Of a DNA stretch of 64,000 bases, positions 26,556 to 37,710 are shown in pieces. Position 1 is the first letter of the stretch. Each line of letters starts with the position of its first letter. The position numbers and the translations under genes are program-made. The notes beneath the pieces were generated by a model. The model was not told the DNA's origin. It did no database searches and worked only from the letters and a program-made list of their open reading frames with translations. This DNA comes from Bacteriovoracia bacterium (GTDB lineage: Bacteria > Bdellovibrionota > UBA1018 > JBFWNL01): positions 651,825-715,824 of the forward strand of contig JBFWNL010000001.1 in the NCBI GenBank assembly GCA_050251055.1. The letters are read 5' to 3'.

Positions 26556-27056
26556 ATGAAATCGCATTGCGTCGCATTCCTCTCGCCCTTCCTTTTTATC
26601 CCCACTCTTGCCGTTTCCGCGTCCACCGAGCTGCCGGTCCGCTTCGTACGGGTATCTCACGCATCCCTAAGCGACGTGATTCTGGAGACCAGTGGATGCG
26701 AGGAAAAAGAGGCCGACGGGCAAGCCAAAGCCACGGGCACCCTCGAAGCCAAGCTGAAAATCCAGCTGCGCACGGGAATTGTGCTCGAACGTACCTTCAA
26801 GGAGAGTTGGGGACCCAACAACCGCCGTAGCCTCACCTGCAAAAACGCGGAGGAAAATCTGCTGAAGTCAGCGGAAACCCAGTTCCTAGAGCTGCATTCC
26901 ATCAAGGAGAACGACGTCTTTTATAAAGGCGACGGGCGTACCTGTTTTTCCCATGTTCGCGACTTCCGCGTGGTAGTGGAACAACCCAATCAATCGACCT
27001 TCGACATCGGCGCCCAAAACGGCAAGGACCTGGAAGTCGCCGTACCTTGCCCCTAG
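26556..27056 (+). CDS. Secreted hypothetical protein (paralog 2)
   Basis: Signal peptide, four mature-region Cys, LHSIKEND...VRDFRVVV...VAVPCP. Confidence 0.75.
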   Translation: MKSHCVAFLSPFLFIPTLAVSASTELPVRFVRVSHASLSDVILETSGCEEKEADGQAKATGTLEAKLKIQLRTGIVLERTFKESWGPNNRRSLTCKNAEENLLKSAETQFLELHSIKENDVFYKGDGRTCFSHVRDFRVVVEQPNQSTFDIGAQNGKDLEVAVPCP

Positions 27057-27074
27057 GCGAAAGAATCCACCACG

Positions 27075-27482
27075 CTAATCGCGAACATGCTCGGCGCGCA
27101 CGATCGTCTTGATGTTGCCGCGCACGTTGAAGTCACCCACGACGTGGATTTCCCAAGGGTCGAGCAGCGCGACTAGATCATCGAGGATGTGGTTCACGAC
27201 GTCCTCATGGAAGATTCCTTTGTCGCGGAACGAATTGATATAAAGCTTGAGGCTTTTGAGCTCCACGCACTTCTCGCGCGGCACGTACTTGATATTGAGC
27301 GTGGCGAAATCCGGAAACCCCGACATCGGGCAGTAGCAGGTGAACTCCGGCGTGCTGAACTCGATCCAGTAGCGTCGCACCTGCGTGCGGTTCGGGAAGC
27401 TCACGAGCTTCGCGTTTTTGATCATGGCGCGGCCCTTCGCGCGCTGGATTTTCGGCATCTGCGACTTAGAACGCTTGGCCAT
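27075..27482 (-). CDS. queF: NADPH-dependent 7-cyano-7-deazaguanine reductase (type I)
   Basis: [32 protein letters not shown] and FNVRGN. Confidence 0.95.
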   Translation of the reverse strand: MAKRSKSQMPKIQRAKGRAMIKNAKLVSFPNRTQVRRYWIEFSTPEFTCYCPMSGFPDFATLNIKYVPREKCVELKSLKLYINSFRDKGIFHEDVVNHILDDLVALLDPWEIHVVGDFNVRGNIKTIVRAEHVRD

Positions 27483-28402
27483 TAGGTGACATCCTTCTTG
27501 TTGTTGCCGGTCGGGATCTCGAAATGAATGCTATCGCGGTTCTCGCCCTTGATCTCCGTGCATTGCTTGAGGCGCACGCGGCGCAAGGTCTCGCGAATAT
27601 GCGGAAGGCGTTTCACGAGCAGCTTTTCGTGCAGGTGATCGGACTTCACTTCCACGACCATCACGCTGGTTTGGAGGTGACGACGACGATCAACCTTTTC
27701 GCGCTGAAAGGATACGTAGACGTCGCGTTTGCCGTTCAGACAATGGCCAAAAAACGAGCTCGCGTCGAGCAAGAGCGCCCCCGTTTTACGGTCATTCACC
27801 TTGCCGGGGAGCACGAGCGTGGTGAAGCTGCTGCCGTCGGCGCGAATGAGGTAGAGATGCTTTTCCACGCATTTCTCGCATTCGGTCGCCTTCACCATGA
27901 GGTAGGGAAAACCGCCATCCTGCGAATGAAGCATCCCCAAGTACTCAATGCCATGGAGCCGAGTTTTCAGCGGATGGGGCGACGAGCCCTTTTGCGGATC
28001 TTTAGATGGGCCCACAAAGTGAATGGTTTGCCCTTCCACGCGGTGAAAGTCACTGCCCGGCGGCCACCCTTTCACCGTTTCGGGGGGGCCAGCTATCTCG
28101 GGCGCGGGCTTGAGCACCTCGGTGTCCGGGGGCACCACGACCGCATCGGTCGCTGCAGGCGACGGGGAAGTCTCCGGAGAAACCGTGGCGATCGGACTAA
28201 CCACGGGCGCACCGGAAGCCCCCCCCGAGGCGCTCGGCGTGGTCAAAATCGCCTGTGGCATCCCCCCCGCGCTCGGGGTCGTGAGTACCGCCGTGGGCGT
28301 CGGTGCGGGATTCAATGGCGTCTGGGCTTGCGTCGCGGCCGTTAAAAGCAAGACCAGGCCCGAGACGCCCCATTTTCCAAGTATTTCAGCGTGTTTTCTC
28401 AT
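27482..28402 (-). CDS. Secreted hypothetical protein with a Pro/Thr-rich linker
   Basis: Signal peptide, low-complexity PTS region and Cys-containing C-terminal domain. Its stop overlaps the queF start. Confidence 0.7.
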   Translation of the reverse strand: MRKHAEILGKWGVSGLVLLLTAATQAQTPLNPAPTPTAVLTTPSAGGMPQAILTTPSASGGASGAPVVSPIATVSPETSPSPAATDAVVVPPDTEVLKPAPEIAGPPETVKGWPPGSDFHRVEGQTIHFVGPSKDPQKGSSPHPLKTRLHGIEYLGMLHSQDGGFPYLMVKATECEKCVEKHLYLIRADGSSFTTLVLPGKVNDRKTGALLLDASSFFGHCLNGKRDVYVSFQREKVDRRRHLQTSVMVVEVKSDHLHEKLLVKRLPHIRETLRRVRLKQCTEIKGENRDSIHFEIPTGNNKKDVT

Positions 28403-28515
28403 AGTTGAGGAGTTTCACTCTAATCGAATTTCGTGCTAAGGTGGTATTAAGAAGTTACCCTGCTCCGCGTCATACTTTAGCTTTTTTGGGCGGAGCTTTT
28501 TTACGGAGCATCCTT

Positions 28516-29118
28516 ATGAATCAAACCCCTCAAGACGCCCCCGGTTCGCTCGGCACCCCCGTTTACGTTTCTTTGGAGTTCACTCCGAACCCGAACACCT
28601 TGAAGTACTCGGTGAATCGTCAGCTGTTGTCGCAGGGCGCGGCTAACTTCACCCGCAAGGCCGATGCGGAAGCCCGCTCTCCCCTGGCGAACCAGCTCTT
28701 CGATATCGAAGGCATCTCGGCCGTGATGATCGGTAAGGACTTCGTGACGGTCACTAAGAGTGAGGCGGGCGATTGGGATCACGTGCACAAGCACACCTCC
28801 AAGCTCATCGAAGACTACCTTTCCAGCGGCGCGCCGGCCGTAAACGAAAACGCGCCCAAAGCGGCTTCCGGTGCGGCCACCGGTGGAAACACCGAGGCCG
28901 AGCGCAAAATCATGGAAGTGCTCGACAACGAGATCCGCCCGGCGGTCGCCATGGACGGAGGCGACATCACGTTTGAAAAATTTGAAGACGGCGTGGTTTA
29001 CCTTTACTTGCAAGGCTCCTGCGCGGGCTGTCCGAGCTCAACCATGACGCTGAAGGTCGGCATCGAAACCCGCCTCAAGGAACTTGTGCCCGAAGTGAGG
29101 GAAGTGGTATCCGTCTAG
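28516..29118 (+). CDS. NifU/NfuA-family Fe-S cluster carrier
   Basis: EFTPNPNTLK (Nfu N-domain) and IRPAVAMDGGDI...GSCAGCPSS. GGAG SD before ATG 28516. Confidence 0.93.
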   Translation: MNQTPQDAPGSLGTPVYVSLEFTPNPNTLKYSVNRQLLSQGAANFTRKADAEARSPLANQLFDIEGISAVMIGKDFVTVTKSEAGDWDHVHKHTSKLIEDYLSSGAPAVNENAPKAASGAATGGNTEAERKIMEVLDNEIRPAVAMDGGDITFEKFEDGVVYLYLQGSCAGCPSSTMTLKVGIETRLKELVPEVREVVSV

Positions 29119-29121
29119 GGC

Positions 29122-29931
29122 ATGACCTATCGCCCGGTAGTTGTCGCCAGTCTCGTCGCCCTCGCCTTTGTCCTAGCGCCTAGCTGCGCGACATCCCCCG
29201 AGGGACGACGCCAGCTCATCATTATGCCCGAATCCCAAATGAACGCCATGGGCACCCAAGCGTTCGGAGAGATGAAGGCCAAGACCACGATCGAAACCAA
29301 TCCCGCCGTCACCGCCTACGTCAGGTGCGTAGCCCAAAAAGTGGTAGACGTCGTCAAAGCAAGACAAGGCGGAGGCGACTGGGAGATTGTCGTATTCCGC
29401 GATTCTCAGATCAACGCGTTTGCCTTGCCCGGCGGAAAGATTGGCGTTTACACCGGCATCTTGCCCGTCGCCAAAACCCAGCATCAGCTCGCCGCGATCA
29501 TCGGCCACGAGGTGGGACACGTGCTCGCCCGTCACGGCAATGAGCGCGTTTCGGAAACCTTGGCCGCGCAAGGGGGTCTGATCGCCGCGTCCGCCGCCCT
29601 TAACAAAGAAGGCAGCACCCGCACCGCGATCCTCGCGGCCCTGGGGTTAGGCGCACAGTACGGGGTGCTTCTCCCCCACGGGCGCACGCAGGAATCGGAA
29701 GCCGACATCATCGGACTCGATCTCATGGCCCAAGCGGGGTTCGACCCGCGCGAAAGCGTCGAGCTTTGGAAGAACATGGGCGCGGCCGGCGGCGGACAAC
29801 CGCCTGAATTCTTGTCCACTCACCCGTCCCACGAAACCCGCATCTCAGGATTGCAATCCCGCATGAACACCGCGAGCGCCACCTTTCAACAGGCCCGCGC
29901 AGCGGGCAAGCATCCGAATTGCCAAATGTAA
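29122..29931 (+). CDS. M48 family metallopeptidase lipoprotein
   Basis: Lipobox LAPSC; INAFALPGG, HEVGH, QESEAD and FLSTHP. Confidence 0.93.
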   Translation: MTYRPVVVASLVALAFVLAPSCATSPEGRRQLIIMPESQMNAMGTQAFGEMKAKTTIETNPAVTAYVRCVAQKVVDVVKARQGGGDWEIVVFRDSQINAFALPGGKIGVYTGILPVAKTQHQLAAIIGHEVGHVLARHGNERVSETLAAQGGLIAASAALNKEGSTRTAILAALGLGAQYGVLLPHGRTQESEADIIGLDLMAQAGFDPRESVELWKNMGAAGGGQPPEFLSTHPSHETRISGLQSRMNTASATFQQARAAGKHPNCQM

Positions 29932-29944
29932 GGACCAAATTTAA

Positions 29945-31635
<1,691 letters not shown>

Positions 31636-31684
31636 GAGATGGCACGCGCGATCCCGCCCCCCCATCTCGATCGATCACGCCTAT

Positions 31685-32389
31685 CTAAACCACTCCGCAC
31701 TTGAGGTTCGCGGGCACGGCGACGTCGATTTTTTTTGGCGGCGCAAGCTTCAAATCGCGCATAATCTGCGCGAACTGCTCGCGGGTCTTCCCTCCGCCCA
31801 AGCGCGGATTATGCGCCCGCTCCAGCGCAACGGTCGTCGAAGTGAGTCCCTTGTAATCGTGGCCCGGGTGCACGATCGTCTCCGGCGGCAGCGAAAAAAG
31901 CTTCTCGTGGACACTTTGATAAAGTTTGTCCGAAGACCCTTGCTGAAAATCCGTACGCCCACAGCCGCGAATCAAGAGGGCATCACCGGTGAAAACGCGG
32001 CCTTCGCAGTAGTAGCTCATACAAGAATCGGTATGGCCCGGCGTCGCCAGCGCTTTGAGAGAAAAACGCCCGAAGCGAAGCTCGTCACCGTCTTTGAGCG
32101 CGATGTCCGCGCAGCCGACTTTTGCCGCCGCTGCGATCGCCGTGCGCGCTCCCGTGCGCTTCTTCAACTCCCCGGCGCCCGTGACATGGTCGGCGTGCAA
32201 ATGGGTGTCGATTGCGTAGAGCAGCTTCAATCCCGCTTCCGTGATCCACTTGTAGTCGCGCTCGATCATTTCCAAGACCGAATCGATGATCACGGCTTCG
32301 CCCGTTTGTCCGTCGGCAAGTAGATAGGTATAGGTCGAAGTCTCTGGCTCAAATAACTGGAAAAAAACATACGGGGCGGGCGCGAGCAT
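31685..32389 (-). CDS. MBL-fold persulfide dioxygenase (ETHE1/Sdo-like)
   Basis: [37 protein letters not shown] and PGHDY. Confidence 0.92.
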   Translation of the reverse strand: MLAPAPYVFFQLFEPETSTYTYLLADGQTGEAVIIDSVLEMIERDYKWITEAGLKLLYAIDTHLHADHVTGAGELKKRTGARTAIAAAAKVGCADIALKDGDELRFGRFSLKALATPGHTDSCMSYYCEGRVFTGDALLIRGCGRTDFQQGSSDKLYQSVHEKLFSLPPETIVHPGHDYKGLTSTTVALERAHNPRLGGGKTREQFAQIMRDLKLAPPKKIDVAVPANLKCGVV

Positions 32390-32523
32390 GGGACTACTTT
32401 AGCGAAGGGTTCGCGACGCATCCAGGCCTTTGCGCAGGTTTTGCCAAATTCGTGACGCCCACTTTGACAAGCGCTTTAACTTTCGTCACACTGAGTAATG
32501 GGTCCAAGGAGGACCCCGAACGC

Positions 32524-32727
32524 ATGGCATTTGGAAAAGTGAAATGGTTCAATGACGCAAAAGGATTTGGCATGATTGAAGGCAAAGATGGGCGCGAAGT
32601 TTTCGTCCACTACAGCGCCATCCAAAAAGAAGGCTACAAGACCCTAAACGAAGGGCAAGAGGTGGAATTCGACCTCTACGAGGGACAAAAAGGTCCCCAA
32701 GCCCAGAACGTTCAGCGGATCGTTTAA
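32524..32727 (+). CDS. Cold-shock protein (CspA family)
   Basis: [13 protein letters not shown] and [15 protein letters not shown]; upstream TTGACA at 32464. Confidence 0.96.
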   Translation: MAFGKVKWFNDAKGFGMIEGKDGREVFVHYSAIQKEGYKTLNEGQEVEFDLYEGQKGPQAQNVQRIV

Positions 32728-32826
32728 GCGGCTTTTCTCAGTAAAAACGGCAGCTTTACCCCCCAAGGGTTCATTTGACTAAAAATGACGCCTATTGTAT
32801 TTTGCGTCATCTTGTTGAGGAACCTT

Positions 32827-33576
32827 ATGGCATTCGCACGCGCTTCATTTCTGATTCCCCTCACCCTAGCGTCCGGCCTGACGCTGGTCGGCCTCTCGAG
32901 CTGCGGCATGCCCGACCCCACCCTGGGGACGAGCTGCTCCACCGAAGTAGTGAAGGTGTATCAAGACCTGAAGGATGCCGAGCAGCGGGTGGAACAAGCC
33001 TTGGGTCGCTATCAGAACCTGCAGAACAAGCCGGCAGCGCAGCTCAAGCGCCTGGAAACCTCCCAACGTATCCAATTCGATCGTAAGCGCAACGAAATCG
33101 CGGCGACGAACCTTATGGAAGCCGCTTCGCAAATAGAACCGCTAAATGCGGCGGCTGAAAAACTCGCCACGCATGGGGAAAAGCCCTGCGCGGTGTACAA
33201 CCCCAATACCTCCACCAGCATCGTGGTGAAAGTAGGCAAGGTATCCCAATCCGCGAAGGCGCGCGCCGGGCAGTTAAAACCCCTACTCGACCCCATCGGA
33301 GAGATCTACCTTAAGTCCAAGGACGCGGGCTGCGGGGTTAGCCTCGAGCAAGGCCCCGTGTGCGACGGCGCCGCCTCGCCCGAGCAAACGGAAGCCCGCC
33401 GAGCGCTCCCGGCGTTTGTGAACGAGCAGGCGAAGAAGGCGCTGGCCGCCGTGCCGACTTCGGCCGACGACCAGTTCGCCGCCGAAGTCAAAGCCCTGTA
33501 CCTGGTGCGCTTCCTGGAGAAAATGCGGGACCGCACCCAAGCGGGGGTAGCGGCCGTCTCCGAATACGAATTCTAG
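32827..33576 (+). CDS. Hypothetical alpha-helical lipoprotein
   Basis: GAGG SD, lipobox LSSC and a helical/coiled-coil body. Confidence 0.7.
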   Translation: MAFARASFLIPLTLASGLTLVGLSSCGMPDPTLGTSCSTEVVKVYQDLKDAEQRVEQALGRYQNLQNKPAAQLKRLETSQRIQFDRKRNEIAATNLMEAASQIEPLNAAAEKLATHGEKPCAVYNPNTSTSIVVKVGKVSQSAKARAGQLKPLLDPIGEIYLKSKDAGCGVSLEQGPVCDGAASPEQTEARRALPAFVNEQAKKALAAVPTSADDQFAAEVKALYLVRFLEKMRDRTQAGVAAVSEYEF

Positions 33577-33588
33577 AACGGGTAACCG

Positions 33589-35040
33589 CTAACGAGTCGA
33601 AGTCTTGCCGTGAATATGGTTCACGGCGTTCAACGCGGCCGTTTTGTAAGCCTCGGCCAGCGTCGGGTAATTCACGACATTGCGAATAAAATAGTGCACA
33701 TCCCCGCCTAGGTTCATCACGGCCTGGCCGATGTGGATGAGATCAGCCGCGCTATCGCCCAAAATGTGCACGCCTAGAACCTTCAGGGTTTGACGATCGA
33801 CCGCGAGCTTCAATATCCCCCAGCGATCGCCCACGATTTGACCGCGCGCGAGCTCTTTATAGCGGGCCTTGCCGACCACGAAATCCACCTTTTTTTGCTT
33901 CAACTCTTCTTCCGTACGCCCGACCATCGAAATTTCGGGAATGGTATAAATTCCGTAGGGGTAGTTCTCCGGCATTTCGGTCGTGGCGAGTTCGCCCGTG
34001 ATCTGAAAGGCGTGGCAACAGGCAATGCGTCCCTGCTCCATGCTGGTGGACGCAAGCGCCGGCTGACCGACGACGTCCCCCACCGCATAAATACTGGGGA
34101 CCGCCGTGCGGAAACTGCGATCCACTTTAATCAAGCCTCGCTCGTCGGCCTGTAGCCCCGCCTTCGCCAAGCCTAAATCGGTGGTGTTGCCGAAACGCCC
34201 GAGCGCGACCATCATCGTTTCGGCTTCGACGACTTTGCGGCCGTGCTTTTCGCTATTAAAGGTGACCCGTACGGTGCGCTCGCTCCCCTTCTCCAATACT
34301 TCCACCTTCTCGGTTTCGTACTCGAGCAAAACGTGCATGTCGTGGTGACTGAAACGCTCCAGCAACGCACCGACGATCTCGCGATCGACGCTCGCCAAGA
34401 TCTCGTGCCGACGATCCACGAGGGTGACCTGGGTACCGGCGGTGGCAAACATACTGGCGTACTCGCAACCAATCACGCCCGCGCCCAGCACGATCATGGA
34501 TTTCGGCGTGCGCTTCAGGGTGAGAATGTTATTGCTATCAAACACGCCCTTGCCATTGACGGGAATGTTCTTCGGCGCCACGGGCCCCGCTCCGACCGCG
34601 ATGATGACGATGTCCCCTTGAATGGTCTCCCGCTTTTTCGGGGAGACGATTTCAATCTCGTTGGGGGATAAAAAGGACGCGGTTCCGTGGAACATCTGGA
34701 TGCGATTTCGCGTCAGTTGATTGAAGATAATCTGCGATTCCACGCTCACGACCCGGTCGCGCCGCCGCAGCAGGCGCTCCATCTCGGGCAGATCGGCGTG
34801 CTTGGTGGCCCCCCGCGCGTCGATTTCCTGTCCGAGCGCTCCTCGCGAGCCTAGCGAGTAGCGATACACGGACTCACGAAAAGACTTAGAAGGAAGCGTG
34901 CCGAAGTGCACGCAACCGCCGCCAAACGCGGAGTACTTTTCGATGATCGCGACTTTCTTCCCGGCCTTCGCGCCTTGCAGCGCTGCCTTTTGACCTGCGG
35001 GACCGGAACCGATGACGATCAAATCGAAGTGCATATCCAT
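33589..35040 (-). CDS. sthA: Soluble pyridine nucleotide transhydrogenase
   Basis: GSGPAG, GGGCVHFGTLPSK (single Cys), GAGVIGCEYAS, YGIYTIPEIS and NYPTLAEAYK. Confidence 0.93.
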   Translation of the reverse strand: MDMHFDLIVIGSGPAGQKAALQGAKAGKKVAIIEKYSAFGGGCVHFGTLPSKSFRESVYRYSLGSRGALGQEIDARGATKHADLPEMERLLRRRDRVVSVESQIIFNQLTRNRIQMFHGTASFLSPNEIEIVSPKKRETIQGDIVIIAVGAGPVAPKNIPVNGKGVFDSNNILTLKRTPKSMIVLGAGVIGCEYASMFATAGTQVTLVDRRHEILASVDREIVGALLERFSHHDMHVLLEYETEKVEVLEKGSERTVRVTFNSEKHGRKVVEAETMMVALGRFGNTTDLGLAKAGLQADERGLIKVDRSFRTAVPSIYAVGDVVGQPALASTSMEQGRIACCHAFQITGELATTEMPENYPYGIYTIPEISMVGRTEEELKQKKVDFVVGKARYKELARGQIVGDRWGILKLAVDRQTLKVLGVHILGDSAADLIHIGQAVMNLGGDVHYFIRNVVNYPTLAEAYKTAALNAVNHIHGKTSTR

Positions 35041-35177
35041 TTTAGATTCTCGCGGGGGGAGCTAGGGCCCGTCAATGATTGTTGTCACCGAGCGACGGAA
35101 AATCAGAAAAAAGAGCCGATTTCCCGCTTCCCGACCCCCGCTTGACACATTTAGTCGAAATCAGTATTTAGGCCGCC

Positions 35178-35657
35178 ATGAGATGGGTCGTAGCGACGAT
35201 GGTGGGGATCGGAATGTTAGCCAATGGCGTGCTCGCGGATGCGGCCGTGAGCAAAACCAAGTCCGCAAAGACGCGACTGGCGCCGAAAACGGCGAAAACG
35301 GTGCGGCCAAATCCGAAGCTCGCCGTAACCAAAAAATCCAAGACAACAAAGTCCACGGTCAAAAAAATGGCCAAGCCGACTCGACCAGCGAAGACCGGGG
35401 CCACCCGCCCGGCCGCCACTCCCGCAGGTAACCCGCGGGTGAGTAAGCCTAACTCGCGCGAACCTCGCAAGGCACTCAACCTGGTGGCGCTCACCCGGGG
35501 AAATTCGAAACTCTACTTTCAACGTGGAGTGAACTCGATGGTGAACTCCACGCGAGCCGAGCTACCCTCGACCACGGACGCGGTCCGCGAAGGCAATCTG
35601 CGCCGCACGGGCGGCACGGGGTACGAAGTTTTTTCCACGAATACCATTAAGGAATAG
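35178..35657 (+). CDS. Secreted Lys/Thr/Ala-rich basic protein
   Basis: Signal peptide followed by a K-rich low-complexity region; fills the space between sthA and the CpaF gene. Confidence 0.6.
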   Translation: MRWVVATMVGIGMLANGVLADAAVSKTKSAKTRLAPKTAKTVRPNPKLAVTKKSKTTKSTVKKMAKPTRPAKTGATRPAATPAGNPRVSKPNSREPRKALNLVALTRGNSKLYFQRGVNSMVNSTRAELPSTTDAVREGNLRRTGGTGYEVFSTNTIKE

Positions 35658-35678
35658 GTAGCCAAAGCGCGCAAGCGC

Positions 35679-36815
35679 TTAAGCCGCGCGCTCTTTCTTC
35701 TGCAAAGCCAAGAACCACTCCGGCGCCGTGAACTTATCGCGCGTGAACGGAATGCGGTTCACCTCGATCTCGTCCATGAACGAAGGCACGTACCCAGTGG
35801 GCACGATTTCGCCCACGATCTTGCCGTCGGCGCCACGGCCCCGCTGGACGAATTGGTAGATGCTGCGCACCTCGTACCGGCCACGATCATCGAGCTCGGG
35901 TAAGATCTCGGCGATGTCGACGACCTTGCGGGTTCCGTCGCTCATGCGCTTGATCTGCGCCACGATATGAATGGCGGAGGCGATCTGCCGGCGAATCGCC
36001 TGCGCGGGCACGTGGGAGTCGCCCATCATGGCGAGCGTTTCCAAACGTACGAGCGCGTCGTAAGGCGAGTTCGCGTGGGTCGTTCCCATCGAGCCCCCGT
36101 GGCCCGTGTTCATGGCGTTGATCAGATCGAGCGACTCCGGCCCGCGCACTTCCCCGACGACAATGCGATCGGGGCGCAGACGGAGGGCGCTACTGACGAG
36201 GTCACGCACGCTCACCTCGCCCTTGCCATCGGCGCGCGCGGCCTTAGTCTCGAAGTAGACGACGTGATCGGTGTGAATTTTCAACTCTGAAGAATCCTCG
36301 ATGATGAGCAGACGTTGGTTGCCCGGAATGCGCGAGCCCAAGACGTTGAGGAAAGTCGTCTTACCCGAACCCGTGCCGCCCGAAATAATCACGTTCTTAG
36401 CGAGATACACGCAGACATCGAGGAAACGTGCGGCATCTTTACTAATGGAGCCCCGATTGATGAGATCGACAAACGACGGCACGCCCTTTTGGAATTTCCG
36501 GATAGAGAGCGTGGTCCCCCGGCGCGCGCAGGGGGGAAAGACGGCGGCGATCCGGCTGCCGTTGGGGAGCCGGGCGTCGAGCCTAGGATTTTCGTCGTCG
36601 ATGCGGCGGCCCACGAACTGGGCGATGTTGCGCACGGCGGCCTGCAAGGACTGTTCGTCTTTGAATTGGGCCGGGGTCTTCTCGATCAACCCCTTTTTTT
36701 CGATGAAGATTTCCTTGGGCCCGTTGATCATGATCTCGGAAACGGCGTCGTCATCCAAGAACTCCTTCACGGGAGCGAGAAAGGTGGCGATGGAATCTTC
36801 GAAAATGGAACTCAC
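35679..36815 (-). CDS. CpaF/TadA-family pilus assembly ATPase
   Basis: [16 protein letters not shown], Walker [33 protein letters not shown] and [17 protein letters not shown]. Confidence 0.93.
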   Translation of the reverse strand: MSSIFEDSIATFLAPVKEFLDDDAVSEIMINGPKEIFIEKKGLIEKTPAQFKDEQSLQAAVRNIAQFVGRRIDDENPRLDARLPNGSRIAAVFPPCARRGTTLSIRKFQKGVPSFVDLINRGSISKDAARFLDVCVYLAKNVIISGGTGSGKTTFLNVLGSRIPGNQRLLIIEDSSELKIHTDHVVYFETKAARADGKGEVSVRDLVSSALRLRPDRIVVGEVRGPESLDLINAMNTGHGGSMGTTHANSPYDALVRLETLAMMGDSHVPAQAIRRQIASAIHIVAQIKRMSDGTRKVVDIAEILPELDDRGRYEVRSIYQFVQRGRGADGKIVGEIVPTGYVPSFMDEIEVNRIPFTRDKFTAPEWFLALQKKERAA

Positions 36816-36866
36816 GGGCGGGTCTCTCCTCGGCCTAGGCGCAAGCCTAAATACTTAAAATACCAC

Positions 36867-37511
36867 TCAGTTCAACGCGTTGTTCGAAGCCATCTCCTTC
36901 ACCACGAGATTGCCCTCCATGCCGTTGACCGGGCAGTAAAAGCGGTACTGGCCGGGGAACTTCGGCGTGAAAGTGATCTCTTCGATCTTCTTGGAGCTGA
37001 CCTGTTTGCGAACGTTGAACGAGTCCATCATGATGCAAAGGGTATCTTTCGACGCCCCCGTGATGAACATGCGCACGGGGATGTCGCGCGTGACGAAAAC
37101 GGTTTTCGGGAAAAAACCCAAATCGCTCGCGATCAGCGCAACCTCTTGAATGCCGCGACGTTTGTTCGGCACGAGATCAGCGGGATTGCTCCCCTGACCG
37201 GGGACGCCTTCGCTGGCGGCCAGACCGTTTTGTCCATCGGGTTGGGACATGCGGGGATTCGGCGCGAGCACCAGGCCGGCCGGACTGCGGTCGGGCTCCG
37301 ATTCCTTCGCCGTGGCCATCTTCAAGGGATGCACAGGTGCCGCACCGAAAGCCGACGGCGGATATTCCGTATCATCGGTCGACGGCGGCTCCGCCGGCGA
37401 AAGAATCACTCCCGCCACCGAAGGCAGGGCGATACAAAACGCAAAGATCATTATAATCGCCGCGCTCAGAGCGGCGGAGACCGTGGAGACTAGGGTTTTA
37501 TTCCGTTCCAT
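36867..37511 (-). CDS. Exported cupredoxin-like domain protein
   Basis: N-terminal TM/signal, Pro-rich linker and FTPKFPGQYRFYCPVNGMEGNLVV. Confidence 0.8.
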   Translation of the reverse strand: MERNKTLVSTVSAALSAAIIMIFAFCIALPSVAGVILSPAEPPSTDDTEYPPSAFGAAPVHPLKMATAKESEPDRSPAGLVLAPNPRMSQPDGQNGLAASEGVPGQGSNPADLVPNKRRGIQEVALIASDLGFFPKTVFVTRDIPVRMFITGASKDTLCIMMDSFNVRKQVSSKKIEEITFTPKFPGQYRFYCPVNGMEGNLVVKEMASNNALN

Positions 37512-37530
37512 AGAAAATCCTCTACCTTCT

Positions 37531-37558
37531 CTATCGGGTCAGGACTGACGCAGCTAAA
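37531..37558 (-). promoter_or_regulatory. FliA (sigma28)-type promoter
   Basis: TTTAG-N15-CCCGATAG compared with the consensus TAAA-N15-GCCGATAA; ends about 20 nt upstream of ATG 37511. Confidence 0.6.
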
Positions 37559-37710
37559 GACCTATCCGTATGCTCGCCCAGGTTTTCCCTACGAGCGTCA
37601 GAAGCACAGCATCAAAATCGAGTCATTTATTTGGCGGGTGATAAAAAAACTCGACCTCCGGCCCACCCGGTCTAAAATACGGGGGTTTGCTACTGAAGGG
37701 GGAAATGAAT

